From Acidimicrobiales bacterium (GTDB lineage Bacteria; Actinomycetota; Acidimicrobiia; Acidimicrobiales; Bog-793), in assembly GCA_035532075.1 (NCBI GenBank), contig DATKRV010000028.1, forward strand, positions 12,286-76,285: 64,000 nucleotides of DNA, in the 5' to 3' direction. Position numbers and translations under genes: made by a program. Positions within the stretch are counted from its first letter, which is position 1, and every line of letters begins with the position of its first letter. The notes beneath the pieces were generated by a model. The model made no database searches and had not been told where the DNA came from. It saw nothing but the letters and a program-made list of their open reading frames with translations. Shown here in pieces: positions 22,974-31,513 of this stretch.

Positions 22974-24308
22974 AATGCGCGCGGCATCGACCAGCGACAT
23001 GACAAAGTCAGTCAATCTTGTCTGCTCTTGGCGTAGATCATTCGCCGATAGATCAATAATGTATTGGTGAATCTCGATGTCGCCAATAGCACCAATCCAG
23101 CGGTGTCCGACGAACCCGCCGCGTCCTTTAGGTTGAACGATCACGACGTCTTTGCATTCGTAAGAGAGCCCGTAGACAATGGTTTGTTCGAGGTCGTCTC
23201 TGTCGGGTCGGTCTTTTGCAGGCTTGTATTTCACCTCTACGACAACAGGAGATTTTGAGCCTAGGGGCACTGGTCTCACGACGACGTCTGGCTCCGCCTC
23301 AATGTACATTCCTGCACTCAGAAGCTCATCATTTGGATTGCCAAGTACGCTAACCGGAAGGTTTCTATGCTCCGCGTCAGTCGCCAGGGTTCGATATATG
23401 AAACTTTCGAATACATCGCTCATCTGGATTACAAGTGACGAAAGAGGGATTGATTCGCCGCTCTTCTCATGACTGATTCCCTCTTGATGAGCAATTGCCA
23501 CCGATAGGTCGAGCGCATCTCGGTAGTAAGCCCTTGTTGCCGGGAGTGTCAACTTTCCGGTTACCCAAGGGTCGCTCAGAAAATTCAACGACGTATCGAG
23601 TTCAACTTTCTCAAACAATTGGTATGCACGGTTGAGGCGACGGCTCAAATGTGCTTCGACGTTTGGAATTCGGTTTCGTGTCTTCGCAAGAAACCATAAG
23701 GCATGTTTGATGCAGCGGTTGCAATCGATGTCGACAGTTCGTTCGAACCAGCTTGCAGCAACACGGTGAGTGGTACCTCGCGCCTGGAGGGTGGTCACGG
23801 TGCGGTTCATCATGATGCGCCCGCGCGGGAACGATGTCGCCTCTTCGTGTTGGCGGTAGTCGCGTATCAGGCCGTCCTGTGCGATTCGGTCAACGAAATC
23901 ACAAATAGACTTTGCATAAAGCTCAAGAAGGTCATGGCTAAGGTCGTCTTCAGGAAGATAGCGGCGTAGCGAATTCGACAAGCGTTCCGGGATGTATCCC
24001 GCGATCAGCAGAATCTTTGTGAGGTTGCGGAGAGGAGTTCTTGGGACGACTTGAAGTGTGATTGATTCGTTGAGCGGAATAGTTCCAATCCAACCATTGG
24101 CCTGCATCATTAGGCGCCCGTTCTTGGCGCTCAACGTGACGTATTTTGTCCGATTGGGCTCGATATCCACGAGACCATCTCGAAAAAGGAGCTCAGTTTC
24201 TATTTCAAACTGCTCGAACTCCTTGACGGTGATGATTCGCTCCACAGAGTTGTCGGATTCGGGCACGCCATTCGACGAATATGTCGAGTCGTTGGCGGTC
24301 AAAGCCAC
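22962..24308 (-). CDS. mcrC: McrC-like nuclease subunit of a McrBC-type restriction system
   Basis: McrC hallmarks: QANGWIGTIPLNESITLQVVPR, SFPRGRIMMNRT, MSDVFESFIY, and a PD-(D/E)xK core (EPDVVV...VVVEVKYK). GTG start lies 3 nt after the mcrB stop. Confidence 0.8.
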   Translation of the reverse strand: MALTANDSTYSSNGVPESDNSVERIITVKEFEQFEIETELLFRDGLVDIEPNRTKYVTLSAKNGRLMMQANGWIGTIPLNESITLQVVPRTPLRNLTKILLIAGYIPERLSNSLRRYLPEDDLSHDLLELYAKSICDFVDRIAQDGLIRDYRQHEEATSFPRGRIMMNRTVTTLQARGTTHRVAASWFERTVDIDCNRCIKHALWFLAKTRNRIPNVEAHLSRRLNRAYQLFEKVELDTSLNFLSDPWVTGKLTLPATRAYYRDALDLSVAIAHQEGISHEKSGESIPLSSLVIQMSDVFESFIYRTLATDAEHRNLPVSVLGNPNDELLSAGMYIEAEPDVVVRPVPLGSKSPVVVEVKYKPAKDRPDRDDLEQTIVYGLSYECKDVVIVQPKGRGGFVGHRWIGAIGDIEIHQYIIDLSANDLRQEQTRLTDFVMSLVDAARISVA

Positions 24309-24311
24309 TTG

Positions 24312-25301
24312 TCAGTCTTCAGGTGAGGCGGTGGTGGTGTCAGCGCTGTCGCTTGGAGACTTTGACGGGACAATTTGGTTCCAGCTCTTCTCGGCGTCAG
24401 CGTATCCGTGTGGGTCGATGACGTACGCCTTCTTCAAAAGGAATCGCAACTGGTGGTCCCAAAGCGCCTGAAGTGACGCTTCATCCCCGATTCCCCTAAA
24501 GAAGGTATGACCAATAGCTGCCGCGGGCGTCTGAGCAGCCCTGCCATTGATAGTCATGAAGAAGACCTCTACGCGACGTCTCAAATCTGCTGGCATCCCA
24601 GATTCTTCCAAAAACTGCCCCAGCAGAATTCTGCTTGGATCCATCTGGATTTTGGCGAATCGACGCTCAAATGCTGCATCAACTTCATCGACTCCACGGT
24701 CCTGTGGATTCATTGTTGCGAGTATGTAAAGGTTCGCGGGAATCGAACATTCTGTTCCTGAGGCGACCCTGAATTTCAGTCCCCGTTTGCTTTTTTCGAT
24801 GTAGGTGAGAGCTTCGCCGAATACCCTGCCTGGGTCGACTCTGCTGAGTTCGTCGATAACTATAAATACCATTTCATTCGGATGTTCTACCGCGACTCTG
24901 CACATCTGGAGCAAATGTTTGGGGGTGAGTACGAAACCCCCATTTTCTTCGTCGGGAATATAGCCCTCAACAAAATCTTCGTATTGGTATGACGGGTGGA
25001 ACTGGACAAAGCGGACGAGTTCTGATTTGCCCTTAGCTAACGTCACTGCGATTGCAGAGGCGTACCAGCTCTTGCTCGTGCCGGGGGGTCCAACAAAGAT
25101 GACCCCCCCAAAGTCAGAGAGAAGCTGGTTTGTTGTTAGCAAAATATCGTCGTTGTCTTGCAACACGAGATCCTCAAGGTGTTCAGTGGCATCGTTTGCG
25201 ATATAAGTCGCATTTTCCGGAACAAAGAGATTGAGATCTTGCGCGGAAAGTTCCCGAACTTGTGTTCGCGCAAGTGGCGAATTTGGTGTGTCAGTTGTCA
25301 T
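24312..25301 (-). CDS. mcrB: McrB-like AAA+ GTPase lacking an N-terminal DNA-reader domain
   Basis: Walker A GPPGTSKS at about aa 70, McrB signature FHPSYQYEDFVEGY, Walker B VIDELSR, and ATMNPQDRG (NxxD-type guanine specificity). It is only 329 aa. Confidence 0.8.
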   Translation of the reverse strand: MTTDTPNSPLARTQVRELSAQDLNLFVPENATYIANDATEHLEDLVLQDNDDILLTTNQLLSDFGGVIFVGPPGTSKSWYASAIAVTLAKGKSELVRFVQFHPSYQYEDFVEGYIPDEENGGFVLTPKHLLQMCRVAVEHPNEMVFIVIDELSRVDPGRVFGEALTYIEKSKRGLKFRVASGTECSIPANLYILATMNPQDRGVDEVDAAFERRFAKIQMDPSRILLGQFLEESGMPADLRRRVEVFFMTINGRAAQTPAAAIGHTFFRGIGDEASLQALWDHQLRFLLKKAYVIDPHGYADAEKSWNQIVPSKSPSDSADTTTASPED

Positions 25302-25983
25302 GATTAGAGAGTTTTGTCGAAGCTGATACCCGAGTACCTACCGTTGTTGGTTCATCCGAAGATGAACCTGTTTGCTCGAACCAAGTTGTCACACCGGGGA
25401 CCGGATCCGAAGAGAAGAGGTGGTCGAACTCATCGTCATTTCGCGATGCATAACCGAATTCGTCGCGAAATGACCCGATGAGATTTGTGGCGTTTGGGCG
25501 CTCTGAAGAATAAAAACCGAAATTTCTGAGCAAATAGCCCGCGAGGGCGAGCGCTGGAAGTCGATCTCCGTAGAGGAGGTGTTCGCGGGCAAGAACCCAA
25601 TGTTCGGCAGGCAGGTCGATTCCATCCGTGGCCGGAACATTCACGACTCGGGTCAAGGGTTGATTGGGCCGGAGAGAGGATTTCTGGTAACTGCCAGCCA
25701 AATTGTCATTCATCCACGAACGGCCCGCCTTGTTGGCCTGATGCCAAATAGGGCGGAAATACGGTTTGTTTGAAGGTCCACCTGGGACTTTGAGGTATTT
25801 TTCGAGGCGGTGAATTTCCGGCTGGATACCAGTGCTCTTGCCATTTTCAGCCGCAATTTGTCGGTAATGCAAATAGCCAAGGAAGCCGGGATGAACCCTT
25901 CGATTCAGCAACATTTCGACAGAGGATTGAACGGCGACGATAGTAATCACCCAAATGTGTTGTTGCCCATCCGCACCCGCCAC
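25291..25983 (-). CDS. Hypothetical 230-aa protein between the methyltransferase and mcrB
   Basis: Open frame with coding-like composition. Its stop overlaps the mcrB ATG by 11 nt, and a GTG lies 9 nt after the MTase stop. I recognise no motif. The start is uncertain (ATG 25914 is an alternative). Confidence 0.5.
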   Translation of the reverse strand: MAGADGQQHIWVITIVAVQSSVEMLLNRRVHPGFLGYLHYRQIAAENGKSTGIQPEIHRLEKYLKVPGGPSNKPYFRPIWHQANKAGRSWMNDNLAGSYQKSSLRPNQPLTRVVNVPATDGIDLPAEHWVLAREHLLYGDRLPALALAGYLLRNFGFYSSERPNATNLIGSFRDEFGYASRNDDEFDHLFSSDPVPGVTTWFEQTGSSSDEPTTVGTRVSASTKLSNHDN

Positions 25984-25992
25984 GGGATGAGT

Positions 25993-27075
25993 TTACTGGA
26001 GAGCTGGGCTCAGATCGACCCCGAAGGCAGTTCGTCCCATCTCAAAGGCGGTGTCTAACGTGGTGCCAGTGCCCATGAACGGGTCAAGCACAACTCCTGG
26101 CATGAATTCCGCACCGTGTCCGCAGTCTGTCCATCCAACCGTCTCGCGAATGGGGAAAGTGAACTCGCGAAAATAACCACCGAGCACTGACTTCGCCTCC
26201 GCAGCGAGTTGTTTCACTTCGGCCGAATTCCTGCCGGTACCGTTCTGTACGCGGAGTGCTTTACCAGCATCAGAGATGCCGGTTGCCTGGATCGCTGCGA
26301 TGTGAGCCTCGGTGAGCCCACCTTCCTGAGCGAGCTCCATTGCGCGCCTTGCCTGAACACGAGACATGTTGAGGCGGCCAGTCTTCTGCACGATACGCTC
26401 ACGGGGTCGACCACATTGGCTGCAGACTTGTTCTGGACACGCGAGCAGAACCGTCCTTCGGACCAGCTCGGTTGGAAATGGAGCCAAGTGCTCGCCCATG
26501 TTTCTTTGCTGATTTACTGACCACACATCTCCGGGGTTTGCACCATTACCAAAAGCTTCGGAGTAACCAAAGAGGTCGTAGTAGTAGGTGTGCCTTTTTA
26601 CGAGATGGATTATGTACTCATGCCGGTTCGCAAGCCGGTTCTTGGCCGGCTCAGGCATACCACCTTCTTTTGTCCAGATAATCCGGTTTCTGATGATCCA
26701 ACCAGCATCAACAGCAGCTGCCTCAACCCGCCCCGGAATGCCGACAAGTGTGCGTTTGAAGAAAGTGTCGCCAACGTTGAGAAAAACGGAACCCGTTGGT
26801 CTAAGGATCCGACCCCACTCGGTGAGACACTGAAGCATTGCATCTACGTATTCAGCCGGAGTGTCCTCCTGGCCGATTTGCCCCTTCACCCCGTAATCGC
26901 GCTTTTTCCAGTATGGCGGAGAGGTGAACACCAGATCTGCTGAGGCGTCGGGTAAAGGAATGTGACGTGCATCAGCCACATAAGTTCGGTAGATGGGAGC
27001 GCCGCCTGTTTCCAGAAGGGGAGAAAGTAACGGCTCTGACGCGGCCAGCTGGTAGCTCATTTGTGCATCATTCAT
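25993..27075 (-). CDS. Beta-class amino (N4-C or N6-A) DNA methyltransferase, SPPY type
   Basis: Motif IV (LVFTSPPYW) is near the N-terminus and motif I (VLDPFMGTGTT) near the C-terminus, which is the beta-class order. A CxxC-containing insert (CPEQVCSQCGRP) lies between them. Confidence 0.8.
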   Translation of the reverse strand: MNDAQMSYQLAASEPLLSPLLETGGAPIYRTYVADARHIPLPDASADLVFTSPPYWKKRDYGVKGQIGQEDTPAEYVDAMLQCLTEWGRILRPTGSVFLNVGDTFFKRTLVGIPGRVEAAAVDAGWIIRNRIIWTKEGGMPEPAKNRLANRHEYIIHLVKRHTYYYDLFGYSEAFGNGANPGDVWSVNQQRNMGEHLAPFPTELVRRTVLLACPEQVCSQCGRPRERIVQKTGRLNMSRVQARRAMELAQEGGLTEAHIAAIQATGISDAGKALRVQNGTGRNSAEVKQLAAEAKSVLGGYFREFTFPIRETVGWTDCGHGAEFMPGVVLDPFMGTGTTLDTAFEMGRTAFGVDLSPALQ

Positions 27076-27095
27076 ATTGCTAGTATAGCTCGTTA

Positions 27096-27386
27096 ATGTA
27101 TCATTCTGTGATCACTGAAGACTCTCAAAACCTCGACTTGGTTCTGGAACTTGCAGATCGAGTACGTATTGCCAGGGCAGGGAAGCCTTGGACTCAGATT
27201 GAGCTTGCTGCCGCTGCCCGTGTGAGTCGGGCCACGGTCGTACGAATCGAGTCGGGCATCGGGACGCCGCATATGCGTACGGTCCGAGCTCTCGCCGAGG
27301 CATTCGGCTTGGCACCGAGCGAACTGTTCCCAGACCTTGCTCGTTTGTGGGCAGGGCCATCTGTTCGTAAAGTTCGCAGTGGCTGA
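27096..27386 (+). CDS. XRE-family HTH regulator (controller-protein-like position)
   Basis: WTQIELAAAARVSRATVVRIESGIGTPHMRTVRALAEAFGLAPSELF. It is divergent from the MTase with only 20 nt between the two start codons. Confidence 0.7.
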   Translation: MYHSVITEDSQNLDLVLELADRVRIARAGKPWTQIELAAAARVSRATVVRIESGIGTPHMRTVRALAEAFGLAPSELFPDLARLWAGPSVRKVRSG

Positions 27387-27957
27387 TCGCGCGAGCACGG
27401 GCCAACAATAGACAGGGGTGCTGTCATCGCACTTGGATGGTCGACCTGAATGTCTACAAGTTTTTTGCCCTCGATTGCGCGATCAGCGTGACTGGCAACA
27501 GTTGACCGATCGCAACCGCGTCAAAACCAGTTACCGATCCGTCGTTATCAGTAGCAATTCGTCCCCTGTAGAAGGGAATCGGTGATGACGCGTATGAGAC
27601 GTTCTGTCGCTCGTGCTGCAATTGAACCTGGGTAGTCGGGCGTAGGGAGGTCCCTCGTGGGGGTTTGTGTCGGAGGGCCGACGTGCACGTTCTCCGACTG
27701 GCGGTTGCAACCCTGGAGTTGATCAGGGAGGGCCCGTCAAGGCCGGCCGCAGGGTTCAATCTTGAGGGACCCGGTCAGCGGACATCGGACAATCGGACCG
27801 GAGCCGCTGCAGGTGGCTCCTTGCGGCGCGTCCCTCGCCGGTGGACAGTGTTCAAGTGTCCTCAACCAGCACCCATGCCCCATCTTCGCCGCCGGGCAGG
27901 CATGCGTCGTCAACGACGCTACGCAGCAATCACCGAGAGGGTGAAGAATGGTTGTCC

Positions 27958-28422
27958 ATGGGCGTTGATCTCGACGAATTGCGGTGCTTGCGTAGGGCGC
28001 GAGACCAAATGGATCGCGAATACGCGCAGCCTCTCGATGTCGCTGAGCTCGCTCGCACGGCATCGATGTCATCGGCGCACTTCAGCCGCCGATTCCGTGA
28101 AGCGTACTTCGAGTCGCCCTATTCCTACCTGATGACTCGACGTGTCGAGCGCGCGAAGGCGCTGCTACGTCGGGGCGATCTGAGCGTCACAGACGTGTGC
28201 TTCGCCGTCGGTTGGACGAGCCTCGGCTCGTTCTCCACTCGCTTCACGGAACTCGTCGGTGAGTCGCCGTTGAGGTACCAGGCTCGCGGCCACGAGGGGC
28301 TCCGGGTCGTGTCGCCCTGTCAGATGATGGTGATGACCCGACCACGCAAGGGCGGCAGCCCCGCGGGCAGGGAAGAGAGCAGTTTCGAAGAAGAGTCTGT
28401 TTGTTCTACGGATTATCGTTAG
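27958..28422 (+). CDS. AraC/XylS-family transcriptional regulator (HTH-only, short)
   Basis: LARTASMSSAHFSRRFREAYFESPYSYLMTRRVERAKALL...VTDVCFAVGWTSLGSFSTRF is a double AraC HTH. The start is placed at ATG 27958. Confidence 0.8.
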   Translation: MGVDLDELRCLRRARDQMDREYAQPLDVAELARTASMSSAHFSRRFREAYFESPYSYLMTRRVERAKALLRRGDLSVTDVCFAVGWTSLGSFSTRFTELVGESPLRYQARGHEGLRVVSPCQMMVMTRPRKGGSPAGREESSFEEESVCSTDYR

Positions 28423-28425
28423 CGC

Positions 28426-28830
28426 ATGACCATTTCCCTGAGCACCGTTCACATCACCGTTGACGATCCGGAAGCCGCTCTTGTCTTCTACCGTGACACC
28501 CTTGGGCTGACCGTCAAGCTCGACGTCTCAAACGAGGGGTTCCGCTGGCTCACGCTCGGATCTGACACCCAGCCTGACGTAAACATCGTGCTCTCCCAAC
28601 CCCATGGAGGACGGTCCCAGGAGGACGGAGATGCCCTTGCAGCCTTGCTCGCAAAAGGCGAGCTATACCCCGCGCACTTCCGCTGCCAGGACCTTGACTC
28701 CACCTTCGAGAGAATTGCTCGCACGCCCGGAGTGGGGGTAATCCAGGAGCCCACTTCTCAGCCTTGGGGTGTCCGTGACGCCGCAGTTCGCGATCCCGCC
28801 GGTAATCGGCTGCGGATCGAGCAAGCGTAG
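28426..28830 (+). CDS. VOC/glyoxalase-family protein
   Basis: 134 aa; HITVDDPEAALVFYRDTLGL and RDPAGNRLRI are typical of the VOC fold. It pairs with the AraC gene. Confidence 0.75.
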   Translation: MTISLSTVHITVDDPEAALVFYRDTLGLTVKLDVSNEGFRWLTLGSDTQPDVNIVLSQPHGGRSQEDGDALAALLAKGELYPAHFRCQDLDSTFERIARTPGVGVIQEPTSQPWGVRDAAVRDPAGNRLRIEQA

Positions 28831-28941
28831 GGCTGGCGCAATGACTGGGGTATCGCTCATCGCCGGACGACCGTCACTTCTCAGAGCATCGGTCCATCTC
28901 AGACAATGGCTGAAGTGTGTCGCCAATCATGGTTGCCGGCT

Positions 28942-29406
28942 ATGAGTTACTCCGTAGATTTCGTTAACGTGTCTCACGTGGGTCTGGAGTCATCACCGGT
29001 GGTGACTGCGCTGGCCGGCCTTCGAGCGAACGAGGCTCGCTACTTCAAGAACAAGTACGACCACGTCTTCACGGTTGAGCCTGCCGCCAAAGCCAAGAAA
29101 GAGATTGCCCTGGTGCACCGGATCCTTAAGGAAGAGCGGGGCATCGTCATCGAGTCGCCCGCGCTCGAGGCTACGACATTCCAGGTCGAGAACATCCGCT
29201 GGTCCTACGTGTTCTACGAGAGCGGGCTCTCGATCAACGTCCTGTACACCCTCGACGGACCAGATCCGAAACGGGCGGTAGGGTTCAAGCTTTCCGAAGG
29301 AATGGACATTCCCGCGGAGCTTGATTCGTTCAAGTTCGCACGTCAGAAGTCGAAACTGGCTGGGACCATCCGAGGCTCGTATTTTGTGATCAAAGGCAAG
29401 TACTGA
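28942..29406 (+). CDS. Hypothetical protein
   Basis: Coding-like ORF with no recognisable motif. The start is placed at the ATG giving MSYSVDF. Confidence 0.4.
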   Translation: MSYSVDFVNVSHVGLESSPVVTALAGLRANEARYFKNKYDHVFTVEPAAKAKKEIALVHRILKEERGIVIESPALEATTFQVENIRWSYVFYESGLSINVLYTLDGPDPKRAVGFKLSEGMDIPAELDSFKFARQKSKLAGTIRGSYFVIKGKY

Positions 29407-29814
29407 GCTGAGAGGGCGTTCGAATAGCAGGTACCCAGTCCTTGTCCGACCGGGCCCGAGTGTCAGGTCGCGGCAACATTCAGTCCCCTAATGCAGGGTA
29501 TGAGGCGGGTCGAGCCTCTGGGTGCGCTCCCTGTATAACAGCACCCGCGAACTGCACCGGGCCGAAGGCGGCCCATTGCTGCGGGGCTGGGGATACACGC
29601 ACACAGAACAACGAAGGAATCGACTGCGTCAGCTCACGACGATAGGTGCATACTCAGCGTTATTGCCTTAGAAATGCATAACGATCCGTCGTTCTGGCGC
29701 GGCGTCCACCTCCCTCAGCTTGTTGTTCGGCATGTCGATCTGTTCGCTAGTGGCTCCGACCACACCTTAGGGATGGGTCGCTTTTCACTTGCGCCCTCCT
29801 CCTCATCCTACTAA

Positions 29815-29836
29815 TCTACAACTATATGGTTGTAGA
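29815..29836. promoter_or_regulatory. Perfect 8-6-8 palindrome TCTACAAC-tatatg-GTTGTAGA spanning the ArsR start codon
   Basis: Read directly from the sequence. The ATG at 29826 lies in the spacer, so this is a likely autoregulatory operator of the ArsR-family gene. Confidence 0.6.
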
Positions 29837-30176
29837 ATGTTCATTGACGGAAGAGGACGTCGATCGCATTTTCCAGGCACTGGCTGATCAGACTCGGCGC
29901 GACATTCTGAGACGGACAATCCAACACGGCGAGTCGGTGTCGGTCCTCTCGCGTCGTTACGAGATGAGCTTCGCCGCTGTGCAAAAGCATGTGGCGGTGC
30001 TGGAACGGGCCGCGCTCGTCACAAAGGAACGACGCGGTCGCGAGCAGGTCGTGCATGCAAACAGGGTGACAGTACGCGAGGCGTCGATACTCATTGACGC
30101 ATATGAGCAGCTCTGGATTCAACGCATCGACCAGATCTCCGACATTCTCACAACCACAGAAGGAGAATCGAAATGA
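29826..30176 (+). CDS. ArsR/SmtB-family transcriptional regulator
   Basis: IFQALADQTRRDILRRT...SVLSRRYEMSFAAVQKHVAVLERAALV is a winged HTH. Confidence 0.8.
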   Translation: MVVECSLTEEDVDRIFQALADQTRRDILRRTIQHGESVSVLSRRYEMSFAAVQKHVAVLERAALVTKERRGREQVVHANRVTVREASILIDAYEQLWIQRIDQISDILTTTEGESK

Positions 30177-30673
30177 CCGTTATCAGCACGCACAAGGACG
30201 CGGAAAACCTCACCCTCACCGTCATCGCCGAATTCGACTCGACCCCTGAACAAGTCTGGGAGGTCTGGGAGGACCCGCGCAAGCTTGAACAGTGGTGGGG
30301 ACCACCGACGTTTCCCGCCACGTTCATCCGGCACGACTTCTTCGTCGGAGGTGAGTCTCGCTACCTTATGACCGGACCTGAAGGTGAGACTCCGAAAGGA
30401 TGGTGGCGCATAGAGGCAATCGACAGACCACGTCGCCTCGACTTCGCCAACGGCCTCGCAGGCGATGATGGTGAACCTGTCCCTGGCGTGGAACCGATGT
30501 CCGCCTACATGGTGTTGGAAGCAGTGGGTAGTGGGACGCGCATGACGGCCGTAACCAGCTTCGTCGATGTCGCTCAGATGGAGATGCTTCTCGGCATGGG
30601 CATGCAAGAGGGGATGGCCCAGGCGATCGGACAAATCGACGACCTACTTTCTCCATCCCGATCGCGGGCATAG
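30173..30673 (+). CDS. SRPBCC/AHSA1-domain protein
   Basis: FDSTPEQVWEVWEDPRKLEQWWGPP is typical of Aha1/SRPBCC proteins. It is coupled to the ArsR gene through an ATGA overlap. Confidence 0.75.
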   Translation: MTVISTHKDAENLTLTVIAEFDSTPEQVWEVWEDPRKLEQWWGPPTFPATFIRHDFFVGGESRYLMTGPEGETPKGWWRIEAIDRPRRLDFANGLAGDDGEPVPGVEPMSAYMVLEAVGSGTRMTAVTSFVDVAQMEMLLGMGMQEGMAQAIGQIDDLLSPSRSRA

Positions 30674-30690
30674 CGTCGGAGGGAGTTTGT

Positions 30691-31242
30691 ATGAGGAAGT
30701 TGATCGAATCGACCCACGTCTCTCTCGGTGGAGAGATTGGGTCGCCCCAGTGGGCGTTTCCATATCTGAACGAGGAACACCATGGCTACGCCAAGCGATT
30801 GCTGTTTGCGGCTGACGCGCTACTGCTTGGGCGGTTGACGTACGAGGGTTTGTCAGCGGCATACCCTGCGATGACCAGCGGTAATTCCGGAGTTCCGGAT
30901 GACTTTATCGATCGGATGAACAACATTCTGAAGTACGTGGCATCAACGACTCTTCGAGAGGCAACGTGGAATGGGGCGGTCATCGACGGGGATGTGGCCT
31001 AGTTCGTGGCCGATCTAAAGCAGCAGCCCGGTGGCAACATAATCAAATACGGTAACGGTTCGCTCGATGTCACCTTGATGGAGCACGGCCTGATCGACGA
31101 ATTCCACATTTTGATGACACCGGTCGCTGTCGGACGAGGCCAGCACATGTTTGAGGCAATCGAAAACGGTCCCGCCCTGAATCTCATCGATGTCACGCAG
31201 TTCAGCAACGGTGTCGTGATACTTACCTACACACCCAAATGA
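30691..31242 (+). pseudogene. RibD C-terminal-domain (dihydrofolate-reductase-like) gene interrupted by one in-frame TAG
   Basis: The ORFs 30691..31002 and 31006..31242 share one frame. Read-through gives ...IDGDVA*FVADLKQQPGGNIIKYGNGSL...LIDEFHILMTPVAVGRG, a continuous family-like sequence. Confidence 0.7.
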
Positions 31243-31513
31243 CGTCGTTGTAGGTGACCCCGACCGGGTTGGTGGCGCGCCAGAACGTTCTCCCAGTGGG
31301 CCCTCCGAGTCCGACCCAATGGGCGCAGAATCGGCGATCACGTGCGCAACAAATATCCGTCTGGTTGAGAATTCACGATGTGACCGAAGACACACCTCGC
31401 TTGGCGTGCATATGGTTCGATCTGGCGGTAGAGCTCGCACTGAACCCACAGCCTTGGGATGGTGGAGGGACGCGAACACGGCGGCCAGTCGCGTCCCAAT
31501 TGCCGAGTCGCGG

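Larger units (their letters stand above)
18754..27450. mobile_element. tRNA-Leu-adjacent genomic island (transposase-like and recombinase-like genes, XRE regulators, MTase/McrBC cargo)
   Basis: It starts right at the tRNA 3' end. It is visibly more AT-rich than the flanks (judged by eye, not computed) and contains recombination and defence genes. The right boundary is approximate and no att duplicate was found. Confidence 0.5.
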
